Assembly: GCA_044342325.1 (NCBI GenBank)
Contig: JBIIPZ010000031.1
Coordinates: 1-38,144 of the forward strand
Direction: 5' to 3'
Origin: Terrimicrobiaceae bacterium
Lineage (GTDB): Bacteria > Verrucomicrobiota > Verrucomicrobiia > Chthoniobacterales > Terrimicrobiaceae
Length of the DNA stretch: 38,144 nt
Made by a program: the position numbers and the translations under genes. Below are positions 36,743 to 38,144 of the stretch, piece after piece. Under the pieces are notes generated by a model, which did no database searches, was not told the origin of the DNA, and was given only the letters and a program-made list of their open reading frames with translations. Each line of letters begins with the position of its first letter. The stretch's first letter is position 1.

Positions 36743-37854
36743 TTACTCGCTTCCTTCGTTGAAGAAGACGTAGAGGCCTTCCTTTCCCGGCGCGATGATC
36801 TCGGGGCGACCGTCGCCGTTGAGATCGGCGACGGCGAAATAGATGCCGCAGCCTTGGCCCTCGCCGACGGCCCATAGTCCACGATCTGCTTGGCGAATCC
36901 CTCGCCGGTCCACTTGAAGTAATAGATGCCGAGATTGTCCCACTCGCCGGCTTCGTTGCCGCAATGGGCGCGATGACGTTTGCCTGTGACCAACTCCGGG
37001 TGTCCGTCTCCGTCGATGTCCACCCAGTGAAGATCGTGGTATTGGGCGTGGAAGGGATCGATCGGGTGGTGCGTCCACTCGCGCTTGCCGTTGACGAGCC
37101 TCCATTCGCTCCACCACAAGCCGTAGCCGTGGGCGTTGCCCGTGATGATTTCATTCCTGCCATCACCATTGATGTCCACAACAAGCATCGGGATGCTCGC
37201 CGACGAACCCCAAGGCGGAGTCGGAAAGTCCTCATGCCAAATCCATGTTCCCTTCTCCGGATCCTCTGGGGCCTCCAGCCAACCTTTGCAGAGCACGATG
37301 TCCATGCGCCCATTGCCGGTGATGTCGCCGCATCCGAGTCCATGCCCCTGGCCAGTGCCTTCGGGAAACTTGTAAACCGACACCTTGCGGAATTCACCGG
37401 TGCCCTTGCCATTCTGGTCCCTGATCAGCTTGTAATAGGCGACCTCCGGATTCGGGGGTGTGTTGGGGAGGATCTCGATCTCCCCGTCACCGTCGATGTC
37501 CCATGCGCGTGTGGTCTCAACATTGCCGACCTCAGCGATGACGCGCTCGGTCCATTGCTTGGCCGGATCGCCCCCGGGATTTTCCCGCCAGCGCAGCGTG
37601 TTGCCCCACCAGCCACCGGTAACGAAGTCGGTGAAGCCGTCCCCATTGATGTCGAGCGGGATGGTGGAGAAATCGTCGAAGTATTCCCCGTATCCCTTGA
37701 CCTCGCCGACGGAGTGTTTCTTGCGGAAATCGGGCCCCTGATACCAATAGGCTCCCGAAACGATGTCGGGAACGCCGTCGTTGTTCACATCGATGACTTC
37801 GGCAGACTCGAAGGTCTCGTCCGAAATCCAGACTTTGCGCCATTTGAGAGGCAT
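36743..37854 (-). pseudogene. FG-GAP/VCBS-repeat protein, frameshifted near 36868
   Basis: Repeated DxNxDGxxD motifs; the last repeat (VADLNGDGRPEIIAPGKEGLYVFFN) lies in a different frame ending at 36743. Confidence 0.75.
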
Positions 37855-37879
37855 AATGTTTCTCCTGTTTTAGCTTGGG

Positions 37880-38144
37880 TTATTTGCCTTTGAGCAGGCG
37901 GATGTATTCACGGGCGATCCGAATGTCCTCGAGACCCTCTGGTGCAAGGCAGGGGGCGGGAGCTTCTCCGCGAACGGCCTTGATGAAATTGAGCGCCTGA
38001 TTGCGCATGGCGTGGATCCAGGGCAAGGTCGGACGGATGGTGACGGGAACAGCCCCATTGCCCGAGTCCTTGAGAATCTCGACCTGGCCAGGGCGGTTGT
38101 AGGCCACTGGGGCTGGAAGCTCGAGTTTCACATACCCTTTTTCA
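37880..38144 (-). CDS. 3' end of a probable Gfo/Idh/MocA oxidoreductase running off the window
   Basis: Open from the window edge; C-term NQALNFIKAVRG...APEGLEDI fits this family; sugar-operon context. Confidence 0.6.
   Translation of the reverse strand, partial: EKGYVKLELPAPVAYNRPGQVEILKDSGNGAVPVTIRPTLPWIHAMRNQALNFIKAVRGEAPAPCLAPEGLEDIRIAREYIRLLKGK

Noticed and set aside
1324..37893. Long antisense or alternate-frame ORFs such as 1324..2751, 10208..11932, 14595..15698 and 35356..36762
   Set aside because: Shadows of high-GC genes with no recognisable motifs
1..38144. CRISPR array, integron attC array, tRNA or rRNA
   Set aside because: No regularly spaced short repeats, integrase or RNA-gene signatures were seen by eye; a covariance-model scan was not possible

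Overview
A 38 kb bacterial window. Protein families and gene order suggest PVC, probably Verrucomicrobiota (inference). Layout: (1) 1-9300 is a rearranged accessory region with a diverged tandem duplication, a 5'-truncated IS66 carrying a DUF4338 fragment, an ECF sigma factor fused to beta-sliding-clamp-like domains, a MITE, a BlaI/M56 pair and a PadR/HAAS pair. (2) 9497-18792 is a housekeeping core: SWIM-SNF2 helicase, orphan nuoH, hisD, folP, cdaA, a hidden 48-aa CdaR-like ORF and glmM. (3) 18900-35280 is a second accessory region with REC-cNMP-HDOD and Cache-Cache-CheW proteins, two ECF/anti-sigma/target modules, an ATPase and a desaturase/AraC pair, punctuated by partial copies of the 3' end of a GH4 gene. 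(4) 35287-38144 is a sugar-catabolism operon. The best candidate for a new system is the ECF sigma/beta-clamp fusion (3206-4588), which also carries its own clamp-binding-like motif QGDLF. Second is a conserved 26-bp GGGGTC motif, linked to RAYT remnants, that sits at apparent gene-truncation junctions. No rRNA, tRNA or CRISPR array was seen. All family calls come from motif recognition by eye; no database search was run.
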